DNA from: Candidatus Hydrogenedentota bacterium
GTDB lineage: Bacteria > Hydrogenedentota > Hydrogenedentia > Hydrogenedentales > SLHB01
Assembly (NCBI GenBank): GCA_963745075.1
Contig: CAVUWV010000021.1
Coordinates: 137,841-201,840 of the forward strand
Length of the DNA: 64,000 bases
Direction: 5' to 3'
Numbering within the stretch: the first letter of the stretch is position 1; every line of letters starts with the position of its first letter. The notes under the pieces were generated by a model that saw only the letters and a program-made list of their open reading frames with translations, did no database searches and was not told the DNA's origin. The position numbers and the translations under genes are program-made. Shown in pieces: positions 32,539 to 43,522 of this stretch.

Positions 32539-33962
32539 TCACCCCGCATCTTCAATGCGCTCAATGGCATTACCGGGATGCCGAACGCACCTCCGGGTTG
32601 CTGTCACCCAACTTAACATGCAGCGCCGCAAGAGCTTCCGACGCAACGGACCCAACCGATGCGAGCGAACGGATCGCGGCCAGTTGGACGGCCGCGCCTT
32701 CTTCGGACAAGGCGCGAAGTAAAATCGGCAAGACCGCCTTCGGGGTGGTCCCCAGCCGGAGCAGGGCCGCGCACGCTGCAACGCGAACGGCGCCGTTTTC
32801 GTCGTGGAGGGATTTCCGTAGCGCATCCGACACTTCCCGGTTGTCGCCGCGGACGCGGCCCAGCGCTTCCACACCCGCCAGCCGAACGGCCGGATCGCGA
32901 TGGCGAAGCGACCGCATGACTTTCGGGTCGGGCTGTTCCGTCTTCCCCGATAGCCGGCCCAGAACGGCGGCCGCGCGAACCTGCACCCGCGAGCTGCGGT
33001 CGTGCAGGCTATTCCCCACGGCAATCAGGATCGCGGGTGCAATGTCCCCGCAACTGGGCGTCACTTGCTCGAGGACATGCAGGGCGTGGTAGCGAACCGA
33101 TTCATCCGCATCGCGCAACGCCGTCAACAACCGGGGTGCCGCCGCCGCGGCTTGGGGTCCTTGCTTTTCCAGAGCCTTCACCGCCGAGAGGCGAACGCCC
33201 GCATCCAAGTCGTCCAGCGACTTGGCGAGTTGAAGGGCCAAGGACTCTCCCGGTGGCAGGATATGCGCCAGAGCATCCAGGACACGGAGCCGCACTTCGG
33301 GACGATCGTCCCGCACGCGCCGCTGCAATGCCGTTACCGCTGAGGCCGCGGCGCCACCCATCGCACCCAGCGCCTCGGCTGCCTCGGAACGGACTTGATA
33401 GTCTTCGTCGGACAGTGCATCGGCCAAGGCGGCCCGGACGGATCTCGGCATGGGGTGCGATTCTTCCAAGCGCGCTGATGGCAGCGACACGCACGTCAAT
33501 GGAATCTTCGTGTCGGCATTCCATCAGCCGGTCGAGGGCGGGGAGAGCCGCGCTTCCCGTTTCGCCAAGTGCGTGGGCCGAATTGGCCCGCACGCCGGGA
33601 TCGGGATCGCCTAGGGCCTGGGTTAATTCCGGAACGGCTTCAACGCCGCGCGGTCCGACACGCACCAGCGCCGCGGCGACCCAGTGGCGAACGATGGTAT
33701 ACCGGCTCGAAAGCTGACGGCGGTACGTGTCCAACAGCCCGGGCGACACGGCAACGGCGGAAGCGCCGAGTTCAGCCAGCACAAAAGCGGCGGCGCCGGC
33801 ATGTTGCGCGTCGCCGTCGTTCAACTGGCTTTGCAGTATCGGCGCCACGGATGACGCTTTCGCGCCGAGCCCCGCGAGCGCACGCGACGCCGCCATGATC
33901 TCGACCGGATCATGGCTCCGCGTTAAGTGAACGACCAGCCCCTCAGCTTGCATGCTTTCCAC
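32539..33962 (-). CDS. HEAT/PBS-lyase repeat protein; frameshifts near 33480 and 32575
   Basis: Repeated L.D.D..VR..AA.ALG units across ORFs 33102-33962 and 32570-33499. Confidence 0.85.
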
Positions 33963-33980
33963 AGACCCGCCCCATCCGTC

Positions 33981-34059
33981 TTATCCGCGAATTCTCACAC
34001 GCACCTGCGGCGCCGGTCCGTAAGACAAGGCCTTTCGGACGGAGAGAAATGCGGACTAT
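33981..34059. mobile_element. 79-bp MITE-like dispersed element, copy 2
   Basis: Homologous to 24651-24729; end coincides with the TAG of the sigma-54 activator gene. Confidence 0.7.
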
Positions 34060-35427
34060 TGGATATCATACTCCTTCAGTTTACGGTAGAGCGTGCGCAA
34101 TCCGATTCCGAGTGTCTTGGCGCACACTTCCTTGTTGTAGCCACTGACCTTCATGGTTTCCTCGATCGACGATGCGCTCGACTTCGCTCATTTTCACGCC
34201 GGTGGGGATTCGAATTTCGCTGACTTCGGGCACGGTGCTCCGCCGCACGTGTTCCGGCACGTCGCTCACGTCAAGCAACTTGCCATGCCGCGCCATAATC
34301 ACCATGCCTTCAATAATGTTACGCAGTTCACGCACGTTGCCGGGCCAATCGTACCGCATGAGTACGTCGACGGCGCTCCGGGTGATGCCGTCGACGGCTT
34401 TTCCGTTGGCCTCGCAGGCAATGCCGAGGAAGTGGTTCACCAGCAGCGGAATATCCTCGCGGCGGCTCCGTAACGCGGGCATTTCAATGATGACCACGCG
34501 CAGGCGGTAGTAGAGGTCGTCGCGAAAGCTGCCCTCGGCGACCAACTTCTCCAAGGGCCGATTGGTTGCCGCGACGACTCGGACATCCACGGAAACGGTA
34601 CGCGAATCGCCCAACCGCTCGAATTGTTGGCTCTCCAAGACGCGGAGCAGTTTGGCCTGCAGCGCGGGGGTCAACTCCCCCACTTCGTCGAGGAACAGCG
34701 TTCCCCTGTCGGCAAGTTCAAACCGGCCTTCCCGCGAGTGCGTCGCGCCGGTAAACGCCCCCGCCACGTGGCCGAACAACTCACTCTCGACCAAGGCCTC
34801 GGGGATGCTGGCACAATTCAACTTGACGAATTTCGCGTCACGCCGGGGACTGTTGTTGTGAATGGCTTGCGCGACCAGATCTTTGCCGGTGCCGGTCTCT
34901 CCCTGGATAAGCACGGTGCCGCGGGACGGCGCAATCTGGCGTACGGCGTCATAGACGCGGACCATTTGCCGCGATTTCCCCACGAGGCTGCCGAGACCGT
35001 AGCGTTCGTCCAGGCGGCGGCGCAGTTCGTGTTGCTCCAGAATCAGGCGCTGCCGTCCCAATCCGCGCTCGATGACCGCCTCCAGCTTGCCCAGATTGAC
35101 GGGTTTGGTCTGAAAGTCCGACGCCCCTTGGCGCATCGCTTCGATAGCGCGTTCCACGTCGGGCACCTCGGTGATGAGAATCACGCAGATTTCAGGGTTT
35201 CGCTCCTTAGCCACGGCCATGAGTCGCATACCGTTAATGCGATGGGCGTTCAGTTCGGTGATGAGAACATCATAGGGTTGCGAATCGAGCCGGTTATACG
35301 CTTTTTCGCCGTCATCGACGCACTCGACGTGGTAGGTGCACTTCGCGAGGTAGGGCACAATCTCATTGGTGATGGAGGGGTCTCGATCAACGAGCAGCAC
35401 AGCGGCCGCGGGTGCTTCACCAGACAT
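34056..35427 (-). CDS. Sigma-54-dependent enhancer-binding protein (REC-AAA+-Fis HTH); frameshift near 34165
   Basis: GETGTGKD, ESELFGH..GAFTGA, FLDEV, WPGNVREL; shifted frame gives LRTLYRKLKEYDIQ-TAG. Confidence 0.93.
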
Positions 35428-35540
35428 TCTCAACTCCTTGAAGAACGGAAAGTTTAGCAAAGGAAACCCAGGGGGTCAAACGCCTTGCGCGGACCCAGGC
35501 CGTATGTTAAAATGCCGCCCAACATGGGGATCTTATCGCT

Positions 35541-35985
35541 ATGAAGCTATACTATCAAAGGCTTGCTGATACTGGCGCTCGCGTTTCCGGTGCTGTCCGT
35601 GGGTTGTGCCCGCGCGAAGTTGAACACGGCAGGGTTTACCATGACCGATACCATCACTGTGAACAAGCCGCTGGATGAGACCTGGCAGGACGCCAAAACC
35701 GTGCTCCGCGAAATGGAACTGGATATCTACACTCGGGACAAGCGCGGCGAGTTCGTCGCCTATACCCCCATGAAGCGGCACCTCCATCTCTTCACGCCCC
35801 ACCGCACCCAACTCACGATCACGATGGAGCCCGTCACGGGGAATTCCACCTCGGTCTCCATCGAAACCGTCGACCAAGTCTACGGCGTGACGCCCCTTAC
35901 TTACCCCGACTGGCACGACCGGAAGACCTCGGATAATGAAGAGGCCTTGGCCATTCTGGAAGCGTTGCGCACCCGTACAAGCTGA
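35541..35985 (+). CDS. Hypothetical lipoprotein (possible frameshift in first codons)
   Basis: Lipobox VLSVGC; alpha/beta body. Confidence 0.7.
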
Positions 35986-36243
35986 GGTTTCCCACCCGTT
36001 TTTGCCCCTGACGATGGGCTCCTAAACCGCCAACTTTCTATTTCGGGGGAATTCTTAAAGGGGAATCCATTGTATTTGGTTAGGTGGCCTGTGGTATACT
36101 TACCGTAAGGTCAGGAGACAATTTACGACGAAAATCGATTACAATAAGCAATAAAGTCAATTAAATCTACGTCATTTGCTTTTTCGCACTTAGGGATGTT
36201 ACAATTTGGATGAGGGCGGAAGGCCCTAGAAAGCGAGACGTAA

Positions 36244-36687
36244 ATGCTCTCAATGATTGAGGTTAGATGTCCCCACTGTGCGGTGAGAGGTCAAATCCTG
36301 TTGCCGCCGCTCGGTGCGATTATTGTGGGTCCCTGCCCGAATTGCGAAGAGATGGTGGTCGTCTTTTGTGGCCGCGCCTTGGCGCTGGACAAAGAGATCA
36401 TGCTTCACGGTACGGACACGGAAAAGCATGAACACCTCAAAGGAGTGTTGATCGATTTTCTGGATTCGAGGATCGACACGGTTGTGGAGCAGCTTTCCCC
36501 TGAAACTGCAGACGGCTTGCGGGATTACTCGCCGGAAGCGCTGGTGGATGAGAGCGCGGATTCGAGCCGGACGCAGCCGGAGCCCAGCAAACCGGCCTTG
36601 ATTTCGGATTCCGAAGTCGAACAGTTTTTGCGGTCCGATTTGCCGCGATTGGACAACGGGGATTATTTCAAGACAATTTTCGAATAG
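36244..36687 (+). CDS. Hypothetical protein with N-terminal zinc ribbon
   Basis: CPHC and CPNC; follows an AT-rich promoter region. Confidence 0.75.
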   Translation: MLSMIEVRCPHCAVRGQILLPPLGAIIVGPCPNCEEMVVVFCGRALALDKEIMLHGTDTEKHEHLKGVLIDFLDSRIDTVVEQLSPETADGLRDYSPEALVDESADSSRTQPEPSKPALISDSEVEQFLRSDLPRLDNGDYFKTIFE

Positions 36688-36769
36688 CGTTAACGATATC
36701 GCAAGAGTGGTCGCGCTGAATGCCACGCCCGAAAGGGCGTGGCATTGCCTTTTCTTGCCTCGACATCAT

Positions 36770-39103
36770 TCAATCGTCTATTCCGCACGCCGCCGCCAAC
36801 TCCGGAAGCACAACGTCGATCTCGTGTTGGAGGATATCCAGTTTCGCACGCATCATGTCGGCGCCGTGAGGAAAAGTGTGGTCTCCGCCGTAGTAGAAGT
36901 CGAGGCGCATGTCCCCTTCCATCACGGGAAGCGCCTGCTGCGTATTTTCCAATTCGTCGCGCAGCACGACCTGCCAGCGGGTATAGTCCTTCTTGGCCTG
37001 CTGCCGTTGCTCGTTGGAGCGTTCCGGTAGTTTGGCTAGCTGACGCAAGCTGTCACGAAGTTGGCAGGATTCATAGAAGTTGGCCTGCGTTCGCGCGGTG
37101 TGATAGAACCACCGGACCGCCGATACTTCTGCGTCGAAGGGCAACCTGCACCGATCCGGCACCAGCGGATCGGCCTCGTCGACAGCATCCACCGCCTCTT
37201 GAAGCGCGGCCTCCATATCCTTGTACATGGCCCCGAAAACCGGGATGTCGCCGCGTGGCGACGTGGTGAAGGTGGGCCGAAGCGGCAACCCCTCCTTGTC
37301 GCTGATCTCCGCCATGAATAGGTACCGGCCGTAAAACACCTTGGGGAGTTCGGCGTCGGGATCGACGCACATGGGGTGGGCCGGGCCCAAGTAATAGGGC
37401 CCCGTATAGTAGGGTGGCAATTCGGGCGAGAAGGCGATGGCGTCGGATACGCAACGCCACGCTTCGCGCAGTTTCGGCCCGGCGTCCGGCCCCGCAATGC
37501 GTGCCGCGAACTGCTGAAGGATCGACTCCTTGTCGGGGACCGGCTCCCACCACATCAATTGATAGGACTCGGCGGCGCTGGTTCCATAACAGGGACGGAA
37601 GGCGGGAAATACCCACGCGCCGTCCGATCCACAGGAAGCGAGCGCGTCGGCGCGATCGATCCAGCGGTCCATGCACGGGATGTGCGGCAGACGCGGCGCT
37701 TCGAATCCAAGCTCCGGCTCGCTCTTCATATAAATCGGAATGCCCGCGGCGCGGCACGCGGCGATCTGCTCTTTCGCCCGTTCTCCCGGGCCGATGAGGT
37801 CGATACTGTAATCCCAGAGGTGTTTGCGGACGCCTCGAGGCTTCTCGATGTATTCGTCTTTCTCCATTTCCGTAAAGATACCGGTGCCGGGTTCGAGCTT
37901 CTCGATAAACCCGGCCTGGGCTTTGTCCGCGGACCAGACGTGTTCGGCCGAGTAGGGCCACGCGATGATCTCCGCGTTCGGATTCACGGACCGGGCCGCG
38001 TCGGCCAGTAAATTGCACAGGTTGGCGACAACCGTCTCGGCGCCCAATGGCTCGCAACGTTCACAGTTGGTATGCCCTTTCTCCACGCCGTAAGGTCGCA
38101 TGAAGCAGTGGTAAAAACTCTCGCCGCCGATGATGATTGCGACCCCATCCAGTTCGGGAGCGGCGCGGAAAATACCGGCCATGCTCTCGGCGAGGTATCG
38201 TTTCACCAAGGGATGCTCGGTGCATAGCACGTATTGGCCATCGGCTTTCCAGGTCAAAGCGCCGCGAATCTCGGGATGAGCCTCGAATATCGGGTCGTCC
38301 TTGTCGAACTTCTGGCGCATGCCGAGCATGGCGAACGTCTTGAGGTGGTATTCCTGCGCTGCGTTCACCGACTGGGCGAGACCATCAAGGGCTCCCGGCT
38401 GACGCCGTGCCGCAAGTTCGGGGATGGCATCGCTGGTGGACAAGCCGAATAAACTGCCGCCGGATACAAAGGTCGCGTTGTATCCCATGAACACGAGATC
38501 GCGCTGCGTCCCCATCCACGGGACCGTCCCCAATCGAACCCGGAGACGCGGACGGTAGACCTGCGTACCGCGTTCGAGATAGGGACTCTGCCGCAGCCCG
38601 ATTCGTTCCACGAGTTTCACGATTCCGTCCCGCAGACCCTCCGAATCCCGGCCTTGAACGAGGACCGAGTCTGGAGCGACGGCAATGGTGAAACTTTCGG
38701 GCCGGTCCGGATCGCCGCCATCGTTCTCCACGAACCGTACGACCGCCCCGGGCGCTGACGAGGTCACAACGGCCAAAGACACGTTCATTCGGTCTTTCAT
38801 GAATTCGACGAAGGCGTCCGCCATGCGTTTGGCGAGGTCCGATGCGTTCGAATCCAGTTCGACGGACCAGTCCTTTGTTACCGCGATCTCGGAATCCGTC
38901 GGGCTTGCCTCCGGATCGCGGCTGAACCGGGTGAAGTAGTTGGTAGACAGCGCGGAATATGGGCAGGCGCGGTAGGCGGCCTGCGATTCGGCGGAGAGAC
39001 GCGCGCCGATCTCCGCCAGGGACTCCGGCTGCTCGTCGGCGGAAACCTCCAAACTAACGGCTACCATCAACAGCATAAACAGGTAAACACAAAGCGACCG
39101 CAT
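36770..39103 (-). CDS. Large exported hypothetical protein, glycoside-hydrolase-like
   Basis: Signal peptide; ESFTI..VLVQGRD..GLRDG resembles GH20/GH67 N-terminal domain; CERC. Confidence 0.7.
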   Translation of the reverse strand: MRSLCVYLFMLLMVAVSLEVSADEQPESLAEIGARLSAESQAAYRACPYSALSTNYFTRFSRDPEASPTDSEIAVTKDWSVELDSNASDLAKRMADAFVEFMKDRMNVSLAVVTSSAPGAVVRFVENDGGDPDRPESFTIAVAPDSVLVQGRDSEGLRDGIVKLVERIGLRQSPYLERGTQVYRPRLRVRLGTVPWMGTQRDLVFMGYNATFVSGGSLFGLSTSDAIPELAARRQPGALDGLAQSVNAAQEYHLKTFAMLGMRQKFDKDDPIFEAHPEIRGALTWKADGQYVLCTEHPLVKRYLAESMAGIFRAAPELDGVAIIIGGESFYHCFMRPYGVEKGHTNCERCEPLGAETVVANLCNLLADAARSVNPNAEIIAWPYSAEHVWSADKAQAGFIEKLEPGTGIFTEMEKDEYIEKPRGVRKHLWDYSIDLIGPGERAKEQIAACRAAGIPIYMKSEPELGFEAPRLPHIPCMDRWIDRADALASCGSDGAWVFPAFRPCYGTSAAESYQLMWWEPVPDKESILQQFAARIAGPDAGPKLREAWRCVSDAIAFSPELPPYYTGPYYLGPAHPMCVDPDAELPKVFYGRYLFMAEISDKEGLPLRPTFTTSPRGDIPVFGAMYKDMEAALQEAVDAVDEADPLVPDRCRLPFDAEVSAVRWFYHTARTQANFYESCQLRDSLRQLAKLPERSNEQRQQAKKDYTRWQVVLRDELENTQQALPVMEGDMRLDFYYGGDHTFPHGADMMRAKLDILQHEIDVVLPELAAACGIDD

Positions 39104-39126
39104 AATTTCCCCCTCTACCCTGGCGC

Positions 39127-40134
39127 CTAAGGCTTGGTTACGACCCACAGACGCGTCTGGGGCGACAGATCGATCATACGGCCATCATCAAACCCTGCGT
39201 CGCGGGTCCACGCCGCAACTTCCTCACACGAGTACGTGTCACCTTCCCCATTCGCAACCAGCATACGCAATGCGAACAAGAGGCTGAACGCCGGGCCACT
39301 GCGATCGTTGTCCGTCAGGAAGTCTTTGAGGATCAGTGTACCGCCGGATACCAGGGCGGCAAAACATTTGGCAACGAGTTCCCGGTTGGTCTCAGGCCCA
39401 TAGCTGTGGATGATATTGGATACGAGAACGAGATCGTATCCTTCGCCGAGCGAATCGGTGGTCAGGTCTCCGGGCGTACGTGTAAGGCGATCCTCCAGTC
39501 CCGCAGCTTTGGCCTGTTCGCGGGCAATCTCGAGCACGTCAGGCCGGTCGAAGATCGTGGCACGCATCGCAGGACAAGCCTCAAGAAAGGTCAGCGAATA
39601 CGTGCCCGGTCCACCCCCAACGTCCAATAGATTCTTGAACGTCGACAAGTCGATCGCGTCCAGCATCTCCACGGCACTCAATTTTCCGATATCGCTCATG
39701 CCCAGAATGAAGGCTCGCAGTTCTTCCGGCGACCGCTTCCGCTCCGCCGCGCCGACGGGTTGTCCCGTACGAAGTACTTCGCCGAGGCCCCCCCAAGCGG
39801 CGGCTGAGTAGGCATTGTGTTGGATGATATGCCCTTGATAGTAGGGTCTACCCGGCACGAGGCACATCGAAGCTAATCCCGTGTTCAGATACAGGCCACC
39901 CGACTTCGCAACCAACTCGAGAGCGACCAGCCCATCCAGCAGCATGCGGGTCGTCCGCGCGGACCAACCCAGTTGTTCAGCGACGGAATTGACCCCGGAT
40001 GGCTCGTCGAGCAAGGCGAAGATGTTCGCCTCGTTCGCCGCAAAAAGAACGTGGGATTTGATAAAACTGGTCGCCAGATTGTTGATGGTGCCCGTCATGT
40101 CACGAATGTCAGTCATGGTTGCCTCGCTATCCAT
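39127..40134 (-). CDS. O-methyltransferase (Methyltransf_2 with dimerisation domain)
   Basis: LLDVGGGPG, FDRPDV, GDL, SNIIH. Confidence 0.92.
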   Translation of the reverse strand: MDSEATMTDIRDMTGTINNLATSFIKSHVLFAANEANIFALLDEPSGVNSVAEQLGWSARTTRMLLDGLVALELVAKSGGLYLNTGLASMCLVPGRPYYQGHIIQHNAYSAAAWGGLGEVLRTGQPVGAAERKRSPEELRAFILGMSDIGKLSAVEMLDAIDLSTFKNLLDVGGGPGTYSLTFLEACPAMRATIFDRPDVLEIAREQAKAAGLEDRLTRTPGDLTTDSLGEGYDLVLVSNIIHSYGPETNRELVAKCFAALVSGGTLILKDFLTDNDRSGPAFSLLFALRMLVANGEGDTYSCEEVAAWTRDAGFDDGRMIDLSPQTRLWVVTKP

Positions 40135-40142
40135 ACCGTTAC

Positions 40143-41480
40143 TCAGGAATCAATGTCGCCTTCCCAGAGGTACTTTCGCGTTTCCGATACAACCACGCCG
40201 CTCAGCAACAGCAGCGCGATCAGGTTCGGCACGGCCATCAAAGCGTTCGCGATGTCTGCGAAGTTCCAGACGACCGGAACTTTGACCACAGCGCCGACAA
40301 ATACGGCAAGTATCCACAGATATTGGTAGGGCCGGATCGCGCGGGGACCCAGCAGGTACTCGCAGGCGCGCTCTCCGTAGTAGGACCACCCCAGAATCGT
40401 TGAAAATACAAACGTCACGAGGCCAACGGACAACACGAACGGTCCAACGATGGTCAAATCGTCGAAGGCTCGTCTTGTAAGTTCGATTCCGGTGCTCCCG
40501 GTCGTCCACTCGCCCGAGTTTACGATAACGAGTCCGGTCATCAGGCAAATGACCACCGTATCCCAGAAGGTGCCCGACGCGGAAACGAGGGCTTGCCGCA
40601 CGGGATTCCGCGTCTGAGCCGCCGCCGCCACAATGGGCGCGCTTCCCAATCCGGATTCGTTGGAAAACAAACCGCGCGCAATACCGAACCGCACGGCTTC
40701 CTTCATCCCAACGCCCAGGAAACCCCCGACGGCCGCCTGACCGGAAAAGGCGTCGCGGAAGATGAGCGCGATCGTATGGGGAATGGTGGATGCGTTCATG
40801 ATCAGGAGGGCGATGCAGCCGAGCACATAGAAAAGTGCCATGAACGGGACCAGCGTTTCACAGACGCGTGCAATGGAGCGGATACCGCCGAGAATGGTGA
40901 TGGCCGTCAGACCCGCGAGCACAATCCCGCAAAGCCAATTGGGAATGTGGAGGGAGGATGCCTCTAATGCCTCGGCGATGGTGTTCGCTTGCACCATGTT
41001 CCCGATGCCGAAGGCCGCGATAGCCGCAAAGGCAGCGAACAAGATGCCGAGCCACTTCGCATTCAGCCCCCGTTCGAGCGCGTACATGGGGCCACCGACC
41101 GTACGGCCGTCTTTCGTCGTCACGCGATACTTCACCGCCAGCAACGCTTCGGAATACTTGGTGGCGATGCCGAAAACGCCGGTTAGCCACATCCATAGCA
41201 CGGCGCCGGGACCCCCGGCCGCAACGGCAGTTGCTACACCGGCGAGATTACCCACGCCAACGGTCGCCGCCAGCGCCGTGGCCAGCGACGCAAAATGGCT
41301 GATATCCCCATCGGCCTCGTTGCTGCGTGTGACCGACAGTCGGATGGCTTTTCCGATGAACCGTTGAATCAGACGAAGGCGAATCGTCAGAAAGATGTGG
41401 GTTCCAAAGAGCAGCACCAGCATCGGCGGACCCCACGCCCACCCACTGGCTTGTTCAAGAAAATGTTCAAGGGCGGCCAC
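40143..41480 (-). CDS. Sodium:alanine/glycine symporter (AGCS family)
   Basis: ALAATVGVGN, GGPGA..WMW, GGPMY, RGLFSNESGLGSAPI, LMAVPNLI. Confidence 0.96.
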   Translation of the reverse strand: MAALEHFLEQASGWAWGPPMLVLLFGTHIFLTIRLRLIQRFIGKAIRLSVTRSNEADGDISHFASLATALAATVGVGNLAGVATAVAAGGPGAVLWMWLTGVFGIATKYSEALLAVKYRVTTKDGRTVGGPMYALERGLNAKWLGILFAAFAAIAAFGIGNMVQANTIAEALEASSLHIPNWLCGIVLAGLTAITILGGIRSIARVCETLVPFMALFYVLGCIALLIMNASTIPHTIALIFRDAFSGQAAVGGFLGVGMKEAVRFGIARGLFSNESGLGSAPIVAAAAQTRNPVRQALVSASGTFWDTVVICLMTGLVIVNSGEWTTGSTGIELTRRAFDDLTIVGPFVLSVGLVTFVFSTILGWSYYGERACEYLLGPRAIRPYQYLWILAVFVGAVVKVPVVWNFADIANALMAVPNLIALLLLSGVVVSETRKYLWEGDIDS

Positions 41481-41628
41481 TGGTTTCCTCCCACCGCGGT
41501 CGTCGCACAGGCGTCAACGTCCTGCCTCCATGATTTGCGTATCCCATCTTCTACTGTCGCAATTATGATTTGGGCGCGTGACCGCGGCCGGGCACGCGCC
41601 CATCTATACCAAACTCGTTTGGCGGAAA

Positions 41629-41997
41629 TCAGGAACTCGCCTTCTCAAGCTGTTTCTTCAGTTTCTCAAACCGGAGGTCCAGATTGGCCACGCTCTTGCG
41701 AGCGGACTCGGCTTGACGCCGATTCTCCGTCATTTCGTTCAACAATGCCACCACGGAACTCTTTCCAGGAGACCCTTTGCCTCGCCCCCCCTTTGACGGT
41801 GCGCCTTCCCGCTTTCGCCAATAGTTGTAGTTACTGTAGGAAACACCTATCTTTTTGAGGGCGTCTTTGATCGTTGCGCCGTTCGCGACCATCGTATCGA
41901 TTTGGTGGAGTAACGCCTGCACTTCTTTTCTGGAACGACGAACGCGGCGGCCTTTGGCCGCTTTCGACCTGGCCTTTCTTTTGATCGTACTAGGCAT
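41629..41997 (-). CDS. Basic HTH + coiled-coil protein (IS3 OrfA-like fold)
   Basis: K/R-rich N-terminus, TIKDALKKIGVSYSNYNYWRK HTH, C-terminal heptads. Confidence 0.7.
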   Translation of the reverse strand: MPSTIKRKARSKAAKGRRVRRSRKEVQALLHQIDTMVANGATIKDALKKIGVSYSNYNYWRKREGAPSKGGRGKGSPGKSSVVALLNEMTENRRQAESARKSVANLDLRFEKLKKQLEKASS

Positions 41998-42198
41998 AAT
42001 GCAATCCTCCGGCAGTTTGTCGTCTGGCAATAAACAACCCCAATCCCACGGTCCATTTTGCGCACTCTATGACGTGTTACAATGGTGGGCGCCATTTCTA
42101 TGGCGATCATGCTAGCATGAAGACAATACGCAAAGCGACCTGCGCGCACGACAAAACAGCCGATAGAATTCGGCTAAACAACTTCGGGAGAATCGTCC

Positions 42199-43486
42199 GT
42201 GACTTCAGTAACTCGCCGGCGTTTCATTCAAATCGCAAGCAGCGGTATTGCCGCGTCAACTGGCGCGTTCGCGCATGGGGAAACCCAACCTGCGAATGAC
42301 AATCATCCCGTTCGCCACGCGATCGTCGGTACGGGCGGACAGGGAAGTTCGCATCTGCGCGCATTCAATTCGTTCGACGATTGCCAAGTGGTTGCCGTGT
42401 GCGATGTCGACCCCAAACGCCGTGCGGCCGCGGCGAAGGAAGCAGCTAAGAAGTCCCCCGCGCGGGAAGTCGAGAACTTTCACGAGGTGCTGGACGATTC
42501 GTCGATTGATTCTGTAAGCATTGCGACTCCGGATCACTGGCACACGCCGGTCGCGCTCGCGGCGTTGAAAGCCGGGAAACATGTCTACGTGGAAAAGCCG
42601 TGTTGTCACAACATCCGTGAAGGTGTCTCTCCTGATGAAGGCGGCGGAGAAGACCGGCCTGTGCGTCCAACACGGCACGCAAAGCCGAAGCGGGGCCGGT
42701 ATCCAGGAGGCCATCAAGTTTCTACACGATGGAAATCTGGGCAAAGTCCGTCTGGCCAAGGCGATTAACCACCAGTTGCGCGAACCGATCGGCCGGGCGC
42801 CGGAAACCGATCCCCCGCCGGGTGTCAATTACGATCTCTGGCTCGGGCCGGCGCCCGTGCACGCGTTTACCAAGAATCGTTGGCACTACAATTGGCATTG
42901 GTTCTGGGACTACGGCACGGGAGACATCGGGAACGACGGCATCCATCAGGTCGACGTGGCGCGCTGGGGCTTGAATGTCGGGTTGCCGCACGCGGTCACC
43001 GCTCCGGGCGGCCAGCTCTTCTACAATGACGACCACCAGACGCCGGACACGCAAATCGCCACCTACGAATACGACGACTGTTATCTTGTCTTCGAGATGC
43101 GCTTGTGGACGGACTACAAAATGGACGGACACGACAATGGCGTGATCTTTTACGGAGACAAAGGCACGGTAGACATCGGGCGCAGGGGGTGCTTTGTAAC
43201 CTTTATCGGTGAAGAGCCAAAGAAGCTTGGCGAGAGCCCGAGCCTTTCCGCCAATATTCGAAACTTTCTGGACTGTGTCAAGGCGAACGACCCCTCCAAA
43301 TTGAATGCACCTATTTCCGAGGGCGCCCAATCGGCCATGCTATGTCACCTGGGGAACATTGCGACCCGCGTTGGCAGGCGGCTACAATTCGATTCGGACC
43401 GGTTCGTATTTGACGGGGATGAGGAAGCGAACCAACTAATATCGCGCATGTATCGCCAGGGCTACGAATTGCCAGTCCTTACGTAA
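42199..43486 (+). CDS. Tat-exported Gfo/Idh/MocA oxidoreductase; frameshift near 42625
   Basis: TRRRFI Tat motif, VGTGGQG, ATPDHWH, YVEKP, WLGPAP, GDIGNDGIH. Confidence 0.93.
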
Positions 43487-43522
43487 CCCAAATCGTCTCT
43501 CAACCGGTGGGGGAAACCGGAT

